From the NCBI RefSeq assembly GCF_009914755.1, contig NC_060941.1: a stretch of 64,000 nt of DNA; one strand, given 5' to 3'. The notes below the pieces were generated by a model. That model ran no database searches. It was not told the DNA's origin and saw only the letters and a program-made list of their open reading frames with translations. Source of the DNA: the human T2T-CHM13v2.0 reference genome, Homo sapiens. Of the stretch, positions 1 to 13,792 are shown in pieces. How positions within the stretch are numbered: position 1 is the first letter of the stretch; every line of letters starts with the position of its first letter. The position numbers and the translations under genes were made by a program.

Positions 1-431
1 TGCACGGCCTGGCACAGTTTGCAGGGCCCTTGGCTCTAAAGACGGTGGCAAGAAGGTCAGGGCTGCTGGGGCTGCAGCTCAGACTCCCCGTGGATTCGCC
101 ACAGAGGCCGAGTCCTGAAGACGGCAAAGGGGCGAGACCTTCGATGGGCAGCGCAGGAGGGTCAAGCGTGTCTGGGTGAACCCAGGTGAGGTGCCCTCGG
201 TGCATGGTGCTGGGTGCGAGGGAGGAAGGAGGGGCCGGGCTGAGGCGGGAGGCAAATGAACGCAGAGAGCTCAGAAGGGCCCCTTCCCAGAAAGACACGT
301 TTCTGGCACAGACTCAAGAAGTCAGCTTCTGAATTACACTGAAGGAAAGAAAAGAAACCAGTTGCATTTTTGACACTAACATCAGCTCCCTGGGGCCACT
401 GCCTTGGAGTGAACGACTTGCCGTCCACTGC

Positions 432-660
432 TGTGGGGGAGGGGGGCTGTGGGGGAGGGGAGCTGTGGGGGAAGGGAGCTGTGGAGGCCCCTGGTGTTGG
501 GGGGCTGTGGGGGCCCCTGGTGTGGGGGGGCTGCCCGGCGGGGGGCTGGGGGGGCTGTGGGGGCCCCTGGTGTGTGGAGCTGCAGGGGACCCTGGTGTGG
601 GGGGGGCTGCGGGGGCCCCTGGTGTGGGGTGCTGTGGGCAGCCAGGGGTGCCTGGGGAGC
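432..660 (+). repeat. G-rich degenerate minisatellite (gggggctgtgggggcccctggtgt-like), G-quadruplex potential
   Basis: Many G4-G7 runs in recurring ~25-30 bp units. Confidence 0.8.
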
Positions 661-2359
661 TCGTTCAACCACCAGGCAGGCGGCCCTTCTCCAGCACTGC
701 TGCTGCTGAGCCACGCCCCAGGGTCCAGAGTCACCAGCACCGGGGGCTTCGGCCGCCACTCCTGAGCAGCGATGTTGAAGGCGAAGGTGAAGGAGGAGCA
801 CCCAGGCCTGACAGCCCGAACTACAGCCCAGCAGAGCCCGGAGGCAGCCGTCCAGTGTGACCCTGTCACTCCCTGCCCCCGGAGCGAAGAGCACGGTCAG
901 AGGAGAGCCCACAAGCACTCCAACTTCAAGAGCTGAGTCAGTCACTGCAACAGCTTCTGCCTCTCCAAGGCCCAGTCTGGCATGTTCTGCCCCTTCCAGC
1001 TTGGGAAGTCACACACCGGTCTGGGCATGGGCTCACAGGGCTGGGGGCCGTGGCCCTCCCAGGCTGCATGTGCAGAGGGGCTGACGCCCCAGCCCTGTGC
1101 TCTGGGACTTCCTCAGACAAAGGCTGCAGAGTGCACCGCGGACTTCATTTAAACAGAACACCTGGAAGTCCTGTTTATTTAAGTTAACACGCAGCTTCTT
1201 GTGGGGGCAGAAGTGGAAGCAGGGAGAGTCGGCTGCCGTGCCGTCTGGATGATTATGGCTTGGCACAGGCAAGGAGCGGGGAACGGCGCCCAGGATGCAG
1301 GGCACGGCGGCTCCACCCATTCCCCCGACAGGCAAGCTGTGGCCCAGGCTGCTTCACAGGAACCCTCCCGTCTTTGTTCCTCCGCGTCGCTTCCCTACAC
1401 CTCCCTGCATGCTCCATCCCAGTGCACGAGGGTGGGTGAGGCTGTACCCTAAGGTGGAGCACCTGCCCTCACGGGGCTGTACCCCGAGGACTGGTCTTGA
1501 ACGTTGGGAACAGAGATCAGCTCTGGAAAGGAGCTGGGTGGAGCCAGGGCAGCCTTCGTGTTTGGTCTGGGGTGGTCTAGAGGTGACCAAGAATGCAGGC
1601 TTTCCTCTCCGATGTCTCCTGAGCCCAGGCACAGAGGTGGGAAACCACAGGGTGCACAGTGTCAGGAATCCAAGGGTCAGCCGGGGCGAGAGGAGGAGGA
1701 AGGACGGGGGTTGGCTGGCCCTCAGGAACGGGGGCAAGTTACAGGGCGCAATGCGGGTTCCCTGTTCTTGCTAACCTTGGATAACGATGCTCTACATGCA
1801 GGATTCCTAAAGTTCTGCAGTGATTTATCTACATGCAAATGCACGATTTATGAAAGCCGCCATCAAAGGTCCTTCCTAATTAGCTGGTTTCTTGTAAAAG
1901 ATCTTAAGAAAACAACGACCAAGTACAAGTATCTCAGCGTTTATTTCATTCTCTCAGGACAAACTACACAATGTAATTCACGTAACCACGAACCAGCAAC
2001 TGCAAATTAAGATTTTTGTAGGTCATGATTTCTAAAAAATCCAGCCACGCAATAACAGCCTTTCTAAAGCTGACTTTGTTTTAGTGAAACAAAACTGTGA
2101 TGACATCCCTAAGCTTCCTCCAGAAGAGCTTCGACGTGGAGAAACGGGGTGGACGCTCCACCTAACCGCGCCATTGGGAAAAGAGGAGGCACCTGGAGCA
2201 GAAGCTTCTCTCCCAAGTGCACAACAGAGCATCAGCGAAGGCAGTGAGAAGAGTAGCAAGAAAAAGGTTTAAAATCATCGATGAAAATGGAAATTAAGCT
2301 TGTCTTATTACAATTAAGACAAACTGACCATGTGCATTTTCCCCACATTCCTGTGGGGA

Positions 2360-2678
2360 ATCCCAGCTCGTTTGAACACACGCCACGAACTCCTGGTATC
2401 CGTAAGTATCCCAGCTCGTTTGAACACACGCCACGAACTCCTCGTATCCATAAGTATCCCAGCTCGTTTGAACACACGCCACGAACTCCTCGTATCCATA
2501 AGTCTCCCAGCTCGTTTGAACACACGCCACGAACTCCTCGTATCCATAAGTCTCCCAGCTCGTTTGAACACACGCCACGAACTCCTCGTATCCATAAGTC
2601 TCCCAGCTCGTTTGAACACACGCCACGAACTCCTCGTATCCATAAGTCTCCCAGCTCGTTTGAACACATGCCACGAAG
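2360..2678. repeat. 48-bp VNTR, ~6.6 copies
   Basis: Unit tcccagctcgtttgaacacacgccacgaactcctcgtatccataagtc. Confidence 0.95.
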
Positions 2679-3689
2679 AACTGCCAAAGGCAACTCCATT
2701 AATGAAGCCAATCTGGGCTTGTTTTTCAGTATGGAAATGAAAACATCTGAAAGTATCTCCTCCACTAAAATGTCAACACTCCTAACAAAATTCCTTAGAC
2801 GTCTGTATGATTGATTCTAAATAGCTGGCAACTGTCATTTCTAGCTGTGTAAAAATCGCTGTGGCACCTCACATACGGACGGCTCAGTCCAGCCACGGTT
2901 TCCAGCTCACGGGCCGGCACAGGGTCTGCTCCACCTTCCAGTCCACAGGACCACACAGCTGCAGGGACGCAAAGGGAGCCGTTGGGCAGCTAACGTGGCA
3001 GGGACGCCCCTTTCCTCTCCAGCCTCCATGTGCGATATCTCACACCTCTGCAAAAGGCCCTCCTGGAAACCCCAGACTCTGCACTTTCCTCACATAAACT
3101 GTCCACAGAAGTCCATCCCGAAGGACATTTTCCCCCATTTTCCCCCTATTCCCCACAAAGGAACTGGACTGGAAAAACCGTCTGTGATCACTCTCTGTTT
3201 CCACATGACTGAAACCCCACAGCACCTGTGGCTGGGGTAGAAATCACCCCTAATCCCTAGATCCCCGGGCCCCCCGTCCCACCCGACAAGCAGACACTCT
3301 CGGACGTCTCTCCCAGGCAGTCCATGCCTGTAAACTTCCAGAAACTGACTTCCGGAGCCTGTGGCCCCGATTGCCATGGATATGCTGTCACACTCTCACA
3401 CGTATTTGTGGTTGCTACGGAGAAACATTCAGACATATTTGCGGTTCCTAAACTTTGCAAACACGTGACCCTTTTAAGAATCTGCTACAAGCCACAGAGC
3501 TCTCTCCTGCCCTCACAGAAAATGTGCCCCCACAGAAGGCCCTGCAGCCACGCTGGGGCCACTGAGCCCCAGGACCTGACACACCCCCAAAGGAGGCAAC
3601 CGTGTGGGGCCCTCTGCACCCGAGAAGGTGGCCTGTGTCTCAGTCTGTCTCCTGCCTCACGTGAGACGCAAACCTCCGTGCAGCCGGCT

Positions 3690-3885
3690 GCACCCCCAGC
3701 ACCGCCCACCCCCAGCGCACCAGCCCTGCCCCCATCCCAACCCCCCTCCCCCTCAATGCTGCCCCCCCAAACCCCCACACCCTTTCCCCCCTCCCAACCC
3801 CCTCTGGTTCCAACACCCAGGCCCTCCCCTTCAGACGCCCCCAGCACACCCGTCCTGCCCTTGCCCCCCTGCCCGACCCCCCACA
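3690..3885. repeat. C-rich low-complexity tract
   Basis: Dense C runs. Confidence 0.75.
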
Positions 3886-4805
3886 GGGTGAACTGTCACG
3901 AGCACCCACTCTGTGGGGAGCTGGGCTCCCAGCGCCGTGTGGGCCAGACCCTGCCGTGACCAGGCCCGTCTGTGACCTGACCAGGATGTGACCAGAGCCG
4001 GCCGTGACTGAACCGTGTGGTGACCCAACCGCACACGTGCCCACGACGCACAGCCCCGCGGGGGGAGGGCAGAGGGGCCTGTCCAGGGTGAGCGCCAAAC
4101 TGCCCGGGGGACGGACACTGTGGGCGCTGGACAGTTATGGATCCCTCAGTGTTAAAACCCAAGTGATCACCGCTGTGATTCAAAGTCTTCTAAAACTTGA
4201 GCGAGATCTCTGAGGACACAGTCACCTTCCCTGAAGCCAGCAGGAGCCTCGCGGTGGCTGAGACACCAGCTCCAGGGATCCCTGGGCCATGTGTCCCCAC
4301 CATCTGCGGTGGGGGATGGAGGAGCCCACGGGGCACTGCTGTGCTTCCTCCCCACTGGGCGGAGGAGCCCACGGGGCACTGCTGGGCTGAGGAGGGGCCC
4401 CAGGAAGCCTGGCTTTGGAGGGGCAACTGAGAAGCCGTTCTAAAGATAAAAACCGTAATTTAAGATCGTCTAAATAAGAAAAACGTTTAACTGTGAACAC
4501 GGTATAGCTCTCAGCCTGTGTTTTCATGTCTAAGGCGCTCAGCTTCTAAAACGCTGATTAAAAACAAACAACACAACCACCTTTGCACCCTACGAAAATA
4601 ACAGGAGAAAAATCAGGGGCATGTTTTTCTCCAAAGGAAAACACCCTCCAGGGCTCAGAGACATGCCAGCCACAGATCCCTCTCCGTGACTTGACAGTCT
4701 CACCATAGCCTGATTCTTTCCACCCCTAGGAAAACTCTTTATTTAAAAAACCACAGTGGTAATTTCACTAAAGGTAGTAACGACACTAAGGAGGCCAGTA
4801 CTTAC

Positions 4806-4871
4806 GCTCGACGGGTGCTGAACGGCAGCCTCGTGTTGCAGCCTCACCCGCTGGGGCATCATGACGTCATC
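4806..4871 (-). CDS. B3GNTL1: B3GNTL1/QTGAL coding exon (approx. exon 5): [22 protein letters not shown]
   Basis: Minus strand reads ctgcag|GATGACGTC...TCGAGC|gtaag. 66 bp, phase 0/0. Completes the GT-A DxD motif (FLDS-DD) with the previous exon and matches the recalled human protein. Confidence 0.96.
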
Positions 4872-4944
4872 CTGCAGTAAAGAACACACTTTCCGTTTGT
4901 TTGTTTGCATTGATTGATGCATAGACTAATACAGTCCCGCTTTA

Positions 4945-5073
4945 TTGCCCAGGCTGGAGTGCAACGGCACAATCATAGCTCACTGCAGCCTCAAACTCCC
5001 GGCTTCAACTGATCCTCTCGCCTCAGCCTCCCAAAGAGTTGGGATTACAGGCTTGAGCCACCATGCTCAGCCC
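4945..5073 (-). mobile_element. Alu monomer (FLAM/AluJ-like)
   Basis: gcccaggctggagtgca...gagccaccatgctcagcc. Confidence 0.85.
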
Positions 5074-5327
5074 CAAGAACATATTTTAAACTCACATAAA
5101 GCAATTCCTACAAATAAGTAAGAAAACGATAGACAATCCAACAGCAAAACAGGCAAGGGCCTTGAACAGGCCATTCAGACAAGAGGATTTCCAGTGGACC
5201 AACAACCTCGTCAGCCATCAGAGAAATGCAATTAGTTATGCAGCGGAGAAGGAAAAATAAAAAATGCTGACAATTCCAAGTGTACTTAATTAGGCAGAAC
5301 AAGAGCTCCCATGCACTGCTGGCTGCG

Positions 5328-5632
5328 ATGAGGACCTGTTACCACTGTGGAGGGGGACCGTCTGCAGTGAAGACCTGCCACCACTGTTGAGGGGACCGTC
5401 TGCGGTGAGGACCTGCCACCACTGTGGAGGGGACCGTCTGCGGTGAGGACCTGCCACCACTGTGGAGGGGGACCGTCTGCGGTGAGGACCTGCCACCACT
5501 GTGGAGGGGACCGTCTGCGGTGAGGACCTGCCACCACTGTGGAGGGGGACCATCTGCGGTGAGGACCTGCCACCACTGTGGAGGGGACCGTCTGCGGTGA
5601 GGACCTGCCACCACTGTGGAGGGGACCGTCTG
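5328..5632. repeat. 38/39-bp VNTR, ~8 copies
   Basis: Unit gaggacctgccaccactgtggagggg(g)accgtctgcggt. Confidence 0.93.
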
Positions 5633-5961
5633 GCATCTTCCAGCAAAGCTGAAGATGCACTTCCCTAAGACCCTGACGTCTGACTACTTGGGTAGGAAAA
5701 GCCCTACTCACACACACAGACATGCTCACGGCAGCTCATTCAAATGTGGAAAGAACCCAGTGAGTGAGAATAGCAGATACATGAATTGTGCATGTTATTT
5801 TCAAATGCCATTCAGCAGCTGAACACAACAGAAATTTCACAAGCCTAATGTTCAGTGAAAGAAGCAAGACACAAGAATATACATGGTATTTTCCCCTTAT
5901 TTAAATTCAAAACCAAGCCAAATAAACCATATTATTTAAGAAATGCACACACAGTGTGTAC

Positions 5962-6291
5962 CAGGGTCCCAATTCCCGGGGAAGCGGGCTGGTGCCGCGC
6001 CATGGACCAGGCCACACAGCAGGAGTGAGCGGCGGCCGGGCGAGCGTCACGGCCTGAGCTGCCCCTCCTGTCAGAGCAGCGGCTGCATTAGACCCTCGCA
6101 GGAGCGCAAACCCTACTGTGAACTGCACACGCGAGGAATCCAGGTCACAGACTCCTTATGAGCATCTAACTAATGCTGACGGCCTGAGGTGGAACTGTTT
6201 CATCCCAAAACCACGCCCCCCCACCATCGGTCTGTGAAAACATTGTCTTCCACAAAACCTGTCCCTGGTGCCAAAAAGGCTGGGGACCACG
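5962..6291 (+). mobile_element. MER1B-like hAT-Charlie DNA transposon
   Basis: cagggtccc... start, internal aaccctactgtgaactgcac, end tgccaaaaaggctggggaccacg. Confidence 0.8.
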
Positions 6292-6761
6292 GATATAAAC
6301 CATAAAGAAAAGCAACAACATTATAACCTTGAAGATCAGAAGAGTGGTCACTTTTTGGGGGGAAGTCGAGGTGGGGGCATGGGTGGGACAGTCCCTTTAA
6401 GGTGCCGGCCATAAGCATTTATTGATCGAGTGGTAGCTACACAAATATTTGCTTCATAATTAACTTGTAAATTAATGGATATTTATGTTTTGTGCATTTT
6501 TCTGTGGGTGTATTCTATCTCATGATAAAAAAATTAAGTGGAAGAACAGCAAAGGTTTAAGTACATGAGTAAAAGGTACAAATGTACTCAATAGCAGAAA
6601 TAAGAATAATGTCATTGGAAGGATATCTGTTTTTAAGTTGAACGCTAAGATGAACTAAAATACCCATATTTATGTCTCTTATTCCCGCAAAACGGCCTTA
6701 GGACATTCAGATCATCCAACGAACCATGCTGAGGGAAGCCGAGAGGAACCTAGTGGGGCTG

Positions 6762-7156
6762 AAGAGAGGAGGCTGGGGACAGAGGGGAAGTGGGAGGAGG
6801 GCAGAGAGAAGAGAATAAAGGAGGGTGGAGAATGGAGGAGTGAGAAGGGATGGAGGGAGGAGGGAAGAGGGCAGAAGAGGAGGGTGGAGAAGGGAGGAGG
6901 GAGTAGGGAAGAGAACAGGAGGTTGGAGAGTGGAGGAGGGAGAAGGGGAGAGGACAGAAGAGGAGGGGGGAGGAGGGAGGAGGGACAGAAGAAGGAGGGA
7001 GGAGGCAGGTGGAGGGTGGAGGGAAGTGGGGGTTGGGGAGAGAGAATAGAGGAGGGAGGGTGGAGGAGAGAGGAGAAGGGAGGAGGGAAGAAGGAGGATG
7101 AAGGTGGAGAAGGGAGATGGAAGGAGGGAGGAGGGAGGAAGGAGGAGGAGGAGGGC
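6762..7156. repeat. ~400-bp polypurine (GA-rich) tract
   Basis: Almost entirely G/A on the plus strand. Confidence 0.9.
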
Positions 7157-7655
7157 TAAAAACCTGCATATGACCCTGACAGGTATTTCAAAAAGAAGAG
7201 CTGAGGAGGCTCAAAGGAACCACAGGCACCACCTAAGGGGCACGTCACTAACCTTCAAACACGGGACCCTCAAACCTTCCGACCCCTGGTCTAGACACCT
7301 AATCCCCGATGCCCCAAGCCCAGGCTAAATGTCCTGTGGGAAAGTCTCTTGCACCTTCTAGAACCAGGGCCAGGCCAGTTCTTCTATGGAGTTGGCCCTC
7401 AAAAATATTTGTAAGACATGGAGGTCATTAAGTGAAATATCCAGACACAGAAAGACAAACGCTGGTGTTGCCACCCATGTGTGGGAGCTGAGGAGATGAT
7501 CTCGTGGAGGTAAAAGGATGGCGCTCAGCAGAGGCCAGGAAGGGCAGTGGCGGGAGGAGGAAGGGGGGTTGGTTAAAGGGCACAAAACTACAGTCAGGTA
7601 AAAGGAGTAGTTCTAGTGTTCGATAGCACAATAGGGTGACTATAGTTAACAATAA

Positions 7656-7986
<331 letters not shown>

Positions 7987-8074
7987 AAATAGCTAGAAGA
8001 TCTGGAATGTTCCCAACACAAATGATAAATGTTTGATGTGATGGATGGTCCAGTTACCCTGGCTTGATCATGAC

Positions 8075-8720
8075 ACACGGTGTGCCTGCATCGAGTACCA
8101 CATGTGCTCCGTGAACATGGTGCGCCTGTATCAGGTACCGCACGTGCTCCATGAACACCGTGCGCCTGTATCAGGTACCACATGTGCTCCACAAACACGG
8201 TGTGCCTGTATCGGGTACCACACGTGCTCCACAAACACGACGTGCCTGCATCAGGTACCACACGTGCTCCACAAACACGGTGCGCCTGTATCAGGTACCA
8301 CACGTGCTCCGTGAACACCGTGCGCCTGTATCAGGTACCACACGTGCTCCGTGAACACCGTGCGCCTGTATCAGGTACCACACGTGCTCCGTGAACACCG
8401 TGCGCCTGTATCAGGTACCACACGTGCTCCGTGAACACCGTGCGCCTGTATCAGGTACCACACGTGCTCCACAAACACGGTGCACCTGCATCAGGTACCA
8501 CACATGCTCCGCGAACATGGTGTGGCTGTATCAGGTACCACACATGCTCCACAAACACGGCGTGCCTGTATCAGGTACCACACGTGCTCCACAAACACGG
8601 TGTGCCTGTATCAGATACCACACGTGCTCCACAAACACGGTGCGCCTGCATCAGGTACCACACATGCTCCGCGAACATGGTGTGGCTGTATCATGTACCA
8701 CACGTGCTCCGTGAACATGT
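8075..8720. repeat. 40-bp VNTR, ~16 copies
   Basis: Unit gtgcgcctgtatcaggtaccacacgtgctccgtgaacacc. Confidence 0.95.
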
Positions 8721-8984
8721 ACAACGATCCCTAAAAACTTCAAAAATATATTTGTAAAACAAATGAATAGATCTTTAATTCACTTCACCATTTATAAAAC
8801 ACACACATACACTTTTTTTTTATATTTATCACACTCTTCTATGGCTGGAGAGAGAATAGCTAATATTATCTCTATTTTGTAGCCAAGAAAACGGAGGTTT
8901 GGAAAGGGTATGTAATTCTTAATACCCAAAGTCTCGTAGCAATTACATGTCAGGGTTAAAATTGGATAGAACGCCTCATCCAAC

Positions 8985-9605
8985 ACCATGGTTTTCCACA
9001 GGACATTGCTTCTGACCAAGGAACTCACTTAACAGCCAAAGAAAGGTCGCAATGGGCCGGGCTCCTGGAATTAACTTCCCTCTCATGTCCCTACCATCTC
9101 GAAGCCATGGGTCGGACAGAGGTGGGATGGCCTTTGGAGGTCCAGTTACGGCACCCATTCAGCGGCGACGCTGGCAGGGCTGGGGCGAGGCTCTCCAGAG
9201 GCCGCACTGACTCCAAATGAGCCTCTGGGACATGGAGCTGTTTCTCCCCAGCCAGGGCTCACGGGGCCAGGAATCGAGGGGCGGACATGGGAGTGGCACT
9301 CACTGTCACTCCTGGTGATGTACTAGGGGAGCTCCTGCTTCCTGCCCCCTGACGTTGTGGTCTACAGGCCGAGAGGTCTGGGTCCCAGGGGAGGAACACT
9401 GCCACCAGGAGACGCACGATGACGCCGCCGGAATGGAAGTTAAGACCCCACCCGGCCCCTTGGGCTCCTCATGCCTCTGAGTCCACGTCCAGAAAGGGAT
9501 TGTCTGTGCTGGCCCGGGGATTGATCCTGACCACCCAGGGGGAATTGGCCTATGTGGCCACAATGGAGGCAGGACAGAGTCTATGATGCAGGAGAACCCT
9601 GGGGC
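8985..9605 (+). mobile_element. ERVL internal fragment (degraded integrase and dUTPase)
   Basis: gcttctgaccaaggaactcac (ASDQGTH); later ctgccaccaggagac (LPPGD), tggaagttaaga (WKLR), attgatcctgac (IDPD), cacaatggaggc (HNGG). Frameshifted. Confidence 0.8.
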
Positions 9606-9789
9606 GTCAAATTACTCCACAGAGAACGGTTCAAATAAAATGGCCAGTGCGCAAAGACAGCCAGGCTTATAAGTAAAAACAGACAAAATATCAGAAAACA
9701 AAAGACTTGATATATTCAAATTATCACGCACAAAATATTTTTAAAATCTATGCAAGTTGTATTTAAAAAACTAAAAGATATAAGACATG

Positions 9790-10060
9790 AGCAAGTCATG
9801 AAAGGACAAATATTGTCACAGGAGGTCCCTTAGCAGAGCCAAAGTCATGGGGACTGGACGGAGACGGGTGGCAGCCAGAGGCTGGGGCGGGCAATGGGCT
9901 GTTTCACGGGGACAGAGCTTCAGTTCGGGAAGACGGGAAAGATCTGGAGGCGGAGGCGGCGGGGGCTGCACAGCAATGTGACTGTACTTCACGCCACTGA
10001 ATTAAAAATGGCTAAAATGGTAAATTTTATGTTATATACATTTTACCACACACAAAAACT
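9790..10060 (+). mobile_element. L1MB-type 3' end
   Basis: gccactgaattaaaaatggctaaaatggtaaattttatgttatatacattttaccac. Confidence 0.75.
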
Positions 10061-10092
10061 AAAAGACAAACTTGAACAATAGAACTTTCTCT

Positions 10093-10464
<372 letters not shown>

Positions 10465-11489
10465 TAAAGAGATAGTGAATTTGAACATATATCAAAATAA
10501 ATTATTCAGAATTCAGCATGAAAAGACCAGAAGATGGAAAACAGAGAGAAAAAAAGAAGAAAAACCAAAGCGATATAAAGTGTAAGAGGGTCCCAGAAAG
10601 AGAGAGAGAAAAGCTTACTGGAAACAAGCAAGCTTTGAAGAAATGACGGCTAAGAAATTTCTGAGACCGATAAGGATGCCTGCACACACAATTACAAAGC
10701 CCAGGCCAGGCAAGTCCCAGAAAACCCAGGAGCCGAGTCCACTTCCAGGAACGGACGAATAAGTTGCTTCAGAACAATATTTTCCATAGAATAGCTGGAA
10801 AAGCTAGAAAAATACTAAAACAAAACAAAATGCCTGTTGAAAGCCACTGGAGACCCACAAAGGCCACAAGGACCAAAGACCGAGGTCTGGAGCGGAGAAG
10901 CCCAGAGAGGTGAGCAGGACGCCCCTGGGGACACGATGGGGCCTTGGGGCCCAGCTCACCAGGCCACCAGCCCACCTGCCCATCGGGAGACAAAGTCAGC
11001 CCCAGGGGAGGTGATGGCCATCCCGACCATCCGGTCATTTCTAAAACCAGCGTCTCAAAGAGTTACTGATTCTGAGCGCAGTTGGGGAGAGGCCACGGCC
11101 GCATGGCACTCCTGCCACTCCCAGGGCTGGAAGGAAACACGGGGTTCAGGGATCTGTGAGGACGGGGACTGGAGAACACCCCGAGTTTTCTGCTGGGACC
11201 CACGAGAACCAACTGCATTTAATTTGGGGAAGACAGAGAGAGAGATCATTGCGAAGGGGCATGAAAGGGGCTTCCGAGGTGGTTACATTTTCTATGGTGG
11301 CCACAGGAATATTTGCTTTATGATACTTTATAGAGTCATACATTGTGTTCCACACGAGTATTTGCCTTATGAAGCTGTACGTACATTTGTGCCCTACATG
11401 AATATTTGCTTTATGATACTTTAATGATACTTTATGGACATCTGTGTTTTGTGCTCTTCTCTGTATGTGTTTTTCTTCATAATGAAAAT

Positions 11490-12585
11490 GATGAAACAAA
11501 CAAGAATTTTGAACACGAGGTTGTTGCTAGAAGCACTTCTGTTCAACACTGTACTGGAGGTCCTAGTCAGTATAATGAACTGAACCAAGAACGCGGAATA
11601 AGTAAGATTGGAATAGACATTGGAGAGGGGTAAAAGGCTCCTTATTCACAGGTGACATAATCATTTCATAGTAAATTGTAAAGAATATGCAAAAAAAAAA
11701 CTCTACTAGAATAAGCTAATGTAGCATATTTGCAGCAATAAAACTTGGAAATGAATTGTTAATACCACTTTTCAATAGCACTGAAACCCAAAAATACTTA
11801 AGAGATATATTTTATTAAATGTTGAAGACCCATACCCTAAAAACTACAAAATATTCCAGAGAGAAATTTAAGAAGGCATAAACACATGGAGAGATATACT
11901 ATGTTTACGGATTAGAAGACTCAATACTAAGATCCTCAAGTGGATTTATAGATTCAATGTAATCCCAATAAAAATCAGCAGGCTTGACCAGTTCATTCTA
12001 AAATTTTGCAGAATTCAAAGGACCTAAAAGAAAAAACGAAAAAAACCAACACAACCATTTTGAGAGCGGTAAGAACAAAGCTGGAAGACTTACAATCCCA
12101 GATTTTGAGACTTACTATAAAGCTACACTGTAGCTTTATTACTGCAGCTGCTAGAATAATCATGTAATAGTAATCAAGACAGAGTGGAACTGGTATAAAG
12201 AGAAATATAAAGATCAGTGGAACAGAACAGAGCACAGAAATAGATCAAATAGATCCACGCTTTTTTGGATCCACTGATTTTCAACAAAGGTGCCAAGATA
12301 ATTCCACAGAGAAAGAACAGGAATGCTGGAAAAACCGGACATCATCCAGGAAAAAGAATCCTCAGCCCCCATATACACCATCTTCAAAAATGAACCTGAA
12401 ATGAACCAGAGGTCTCAATGTAAAAGATAAAAATAGAAGACATCCAACAGAAAATGAAGAAAACTTTGGGGCAGACAAAGGTTTCTTAGGTTCTTAGACG
12501 GGACACAAAAAGCACAAATCTTATTTTTCTTTAAGTGATAAAATGGTCATTATCAAAATTTAAAACTTCTGTTCATCAAAAGACA
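11490..12585 (+). mobile_element. Old L1M ORF2 3' fragment
   Basis: tggatttatagattcaatgtaatcccaat, gattttcaacaaaggtgccaag, aaaacttctgttcatcaaaagacac. Confidence 0.8.
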
Positions 12586-12587
12586 CG

Positions 12588-13792
12588 GCCCCACGTACAC
12601 CAGTGTGAACTCACATGAGCTTAGCACTGTCCCCGCCCCACCTGCACCAGCGTGAACTCACATGAGCTTAGCACTGTCCCCGGCCCACCTGCACCAGCGT
12701 GAACTCACGTTAGCTTAGCACTGTCCCCGGCCCACCTGCACCAGCGTGAACTCACATGAGCTTAGCACTGTCCCCGGCCCACCTGCACCAGCGTGAACTC
12801 ACATGAGCTTAGCACTGTCCCCGGCCCACCTGCACCAGCGTGAACTCACATGAGCTTAGCACTGTCCCCGGCCCACCTGCACCAGCGTGAACTCACATGA
12901 GCTTAGCACTGTCCCCGGCCCACCTGCACCAGCGTGAACTCACGTTAGCTTAGCACTGTCCCCGGCCCACCTGCACCAGCGTGAACTCACATGAGCTTAG
13001 CACTGTCCCCGGCCCACCTGCACCAGCGTGAACTCACATGAGCTTAGCACTGTCCCCGGCCCACCTGCACCGGCGTGAACTCACGTTAGCTTAGCACTGT
13101 CCCCGGCCCACCTGCACCGGCGTGAACTCACGTTAGCTTAGCACTGTCCCCGGCCCACCTGCACCAGCGTGAACTCACATGAGCTCAGCACTGTCCCCGG
13201 CCCACCTGCACCAGCGTGAACTCACGTTAGCTCAGCACTGTCCCCGCCCCACCTGCACCAGCGTGAACTCACATGAGCTTAGCACTGTCCCCGCCCCACC
13301 TGCACCAGCGTGAACTCACATGAGCTTAGCACTGTCCCCGGCCCACCTGCACCAGCGTGAACTCACATGAGCTTAGCACTGTCCCCGGCCCACCTGCACC
13401 AGCGTGAACTCACATGAGCTTAGCACTGTCCCCGCCCCACCTGCACCAGCGTGAACTCACGTTAGCTTAGCACTGTCCCCGCCCCACCTGCACCAGCGTG
13501 AACTCACGTTAGCTTAGCACTGTCCCCGGCCCACCTGCACCAGCGTGAACTCACATGAGCTTAGCACTGTCCCCGCCCCACCTGCACCAGCGTGAACTCA
13601 CGTTAGCTTAGCACTGTCCCCGGCCCACCTGCACCAGCGTGAACTCACATGAGCTTAGCACTGTCCCCGGCCCACCTGCACCAGCGTGAACTCACGTTAG
13701 CTTAGGACTGTCCCCGGCCCACCTGCACCAGCGTGAACTCACATGAGCTTAGCACTGTCCCCGGCCCACCTGCACCAGCATGAACTCACATT
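12588..13792. repeat. 47-bp VNTR, ~25 copies
   Basis: Unit cccacctgcaccagcgtgaactcac(atg/gtt)agcttagcactgtccccg(g/c). Confidence 0.97.

Larger units (their letters stand above)
5085..6540 (+). mobile_element. Old L1 (L1ME-like) 3' fragments, interrupted by a VNTR and MER1
   Basis: L1 3' motifs (ggcaagggccttgaacaggccattc, atcagagaaatgcaatt, agtgaaagaagcaagacacaag). Boundaries approximate. Confidence 0.6.

Noticed and set aside
2232-2814. Repetitive ORFs (SPSSFEHTPRTPRIHK etc.)
   Set aside because: Translation of a 48-bp tandem repeat.
12588-13792. CRISPR-like appearance of regular arrays (also 8075, 22893, 38288)
   Set aside because: Head-to-tail units with no unique spacers, no cas genes, and the DNA is human.
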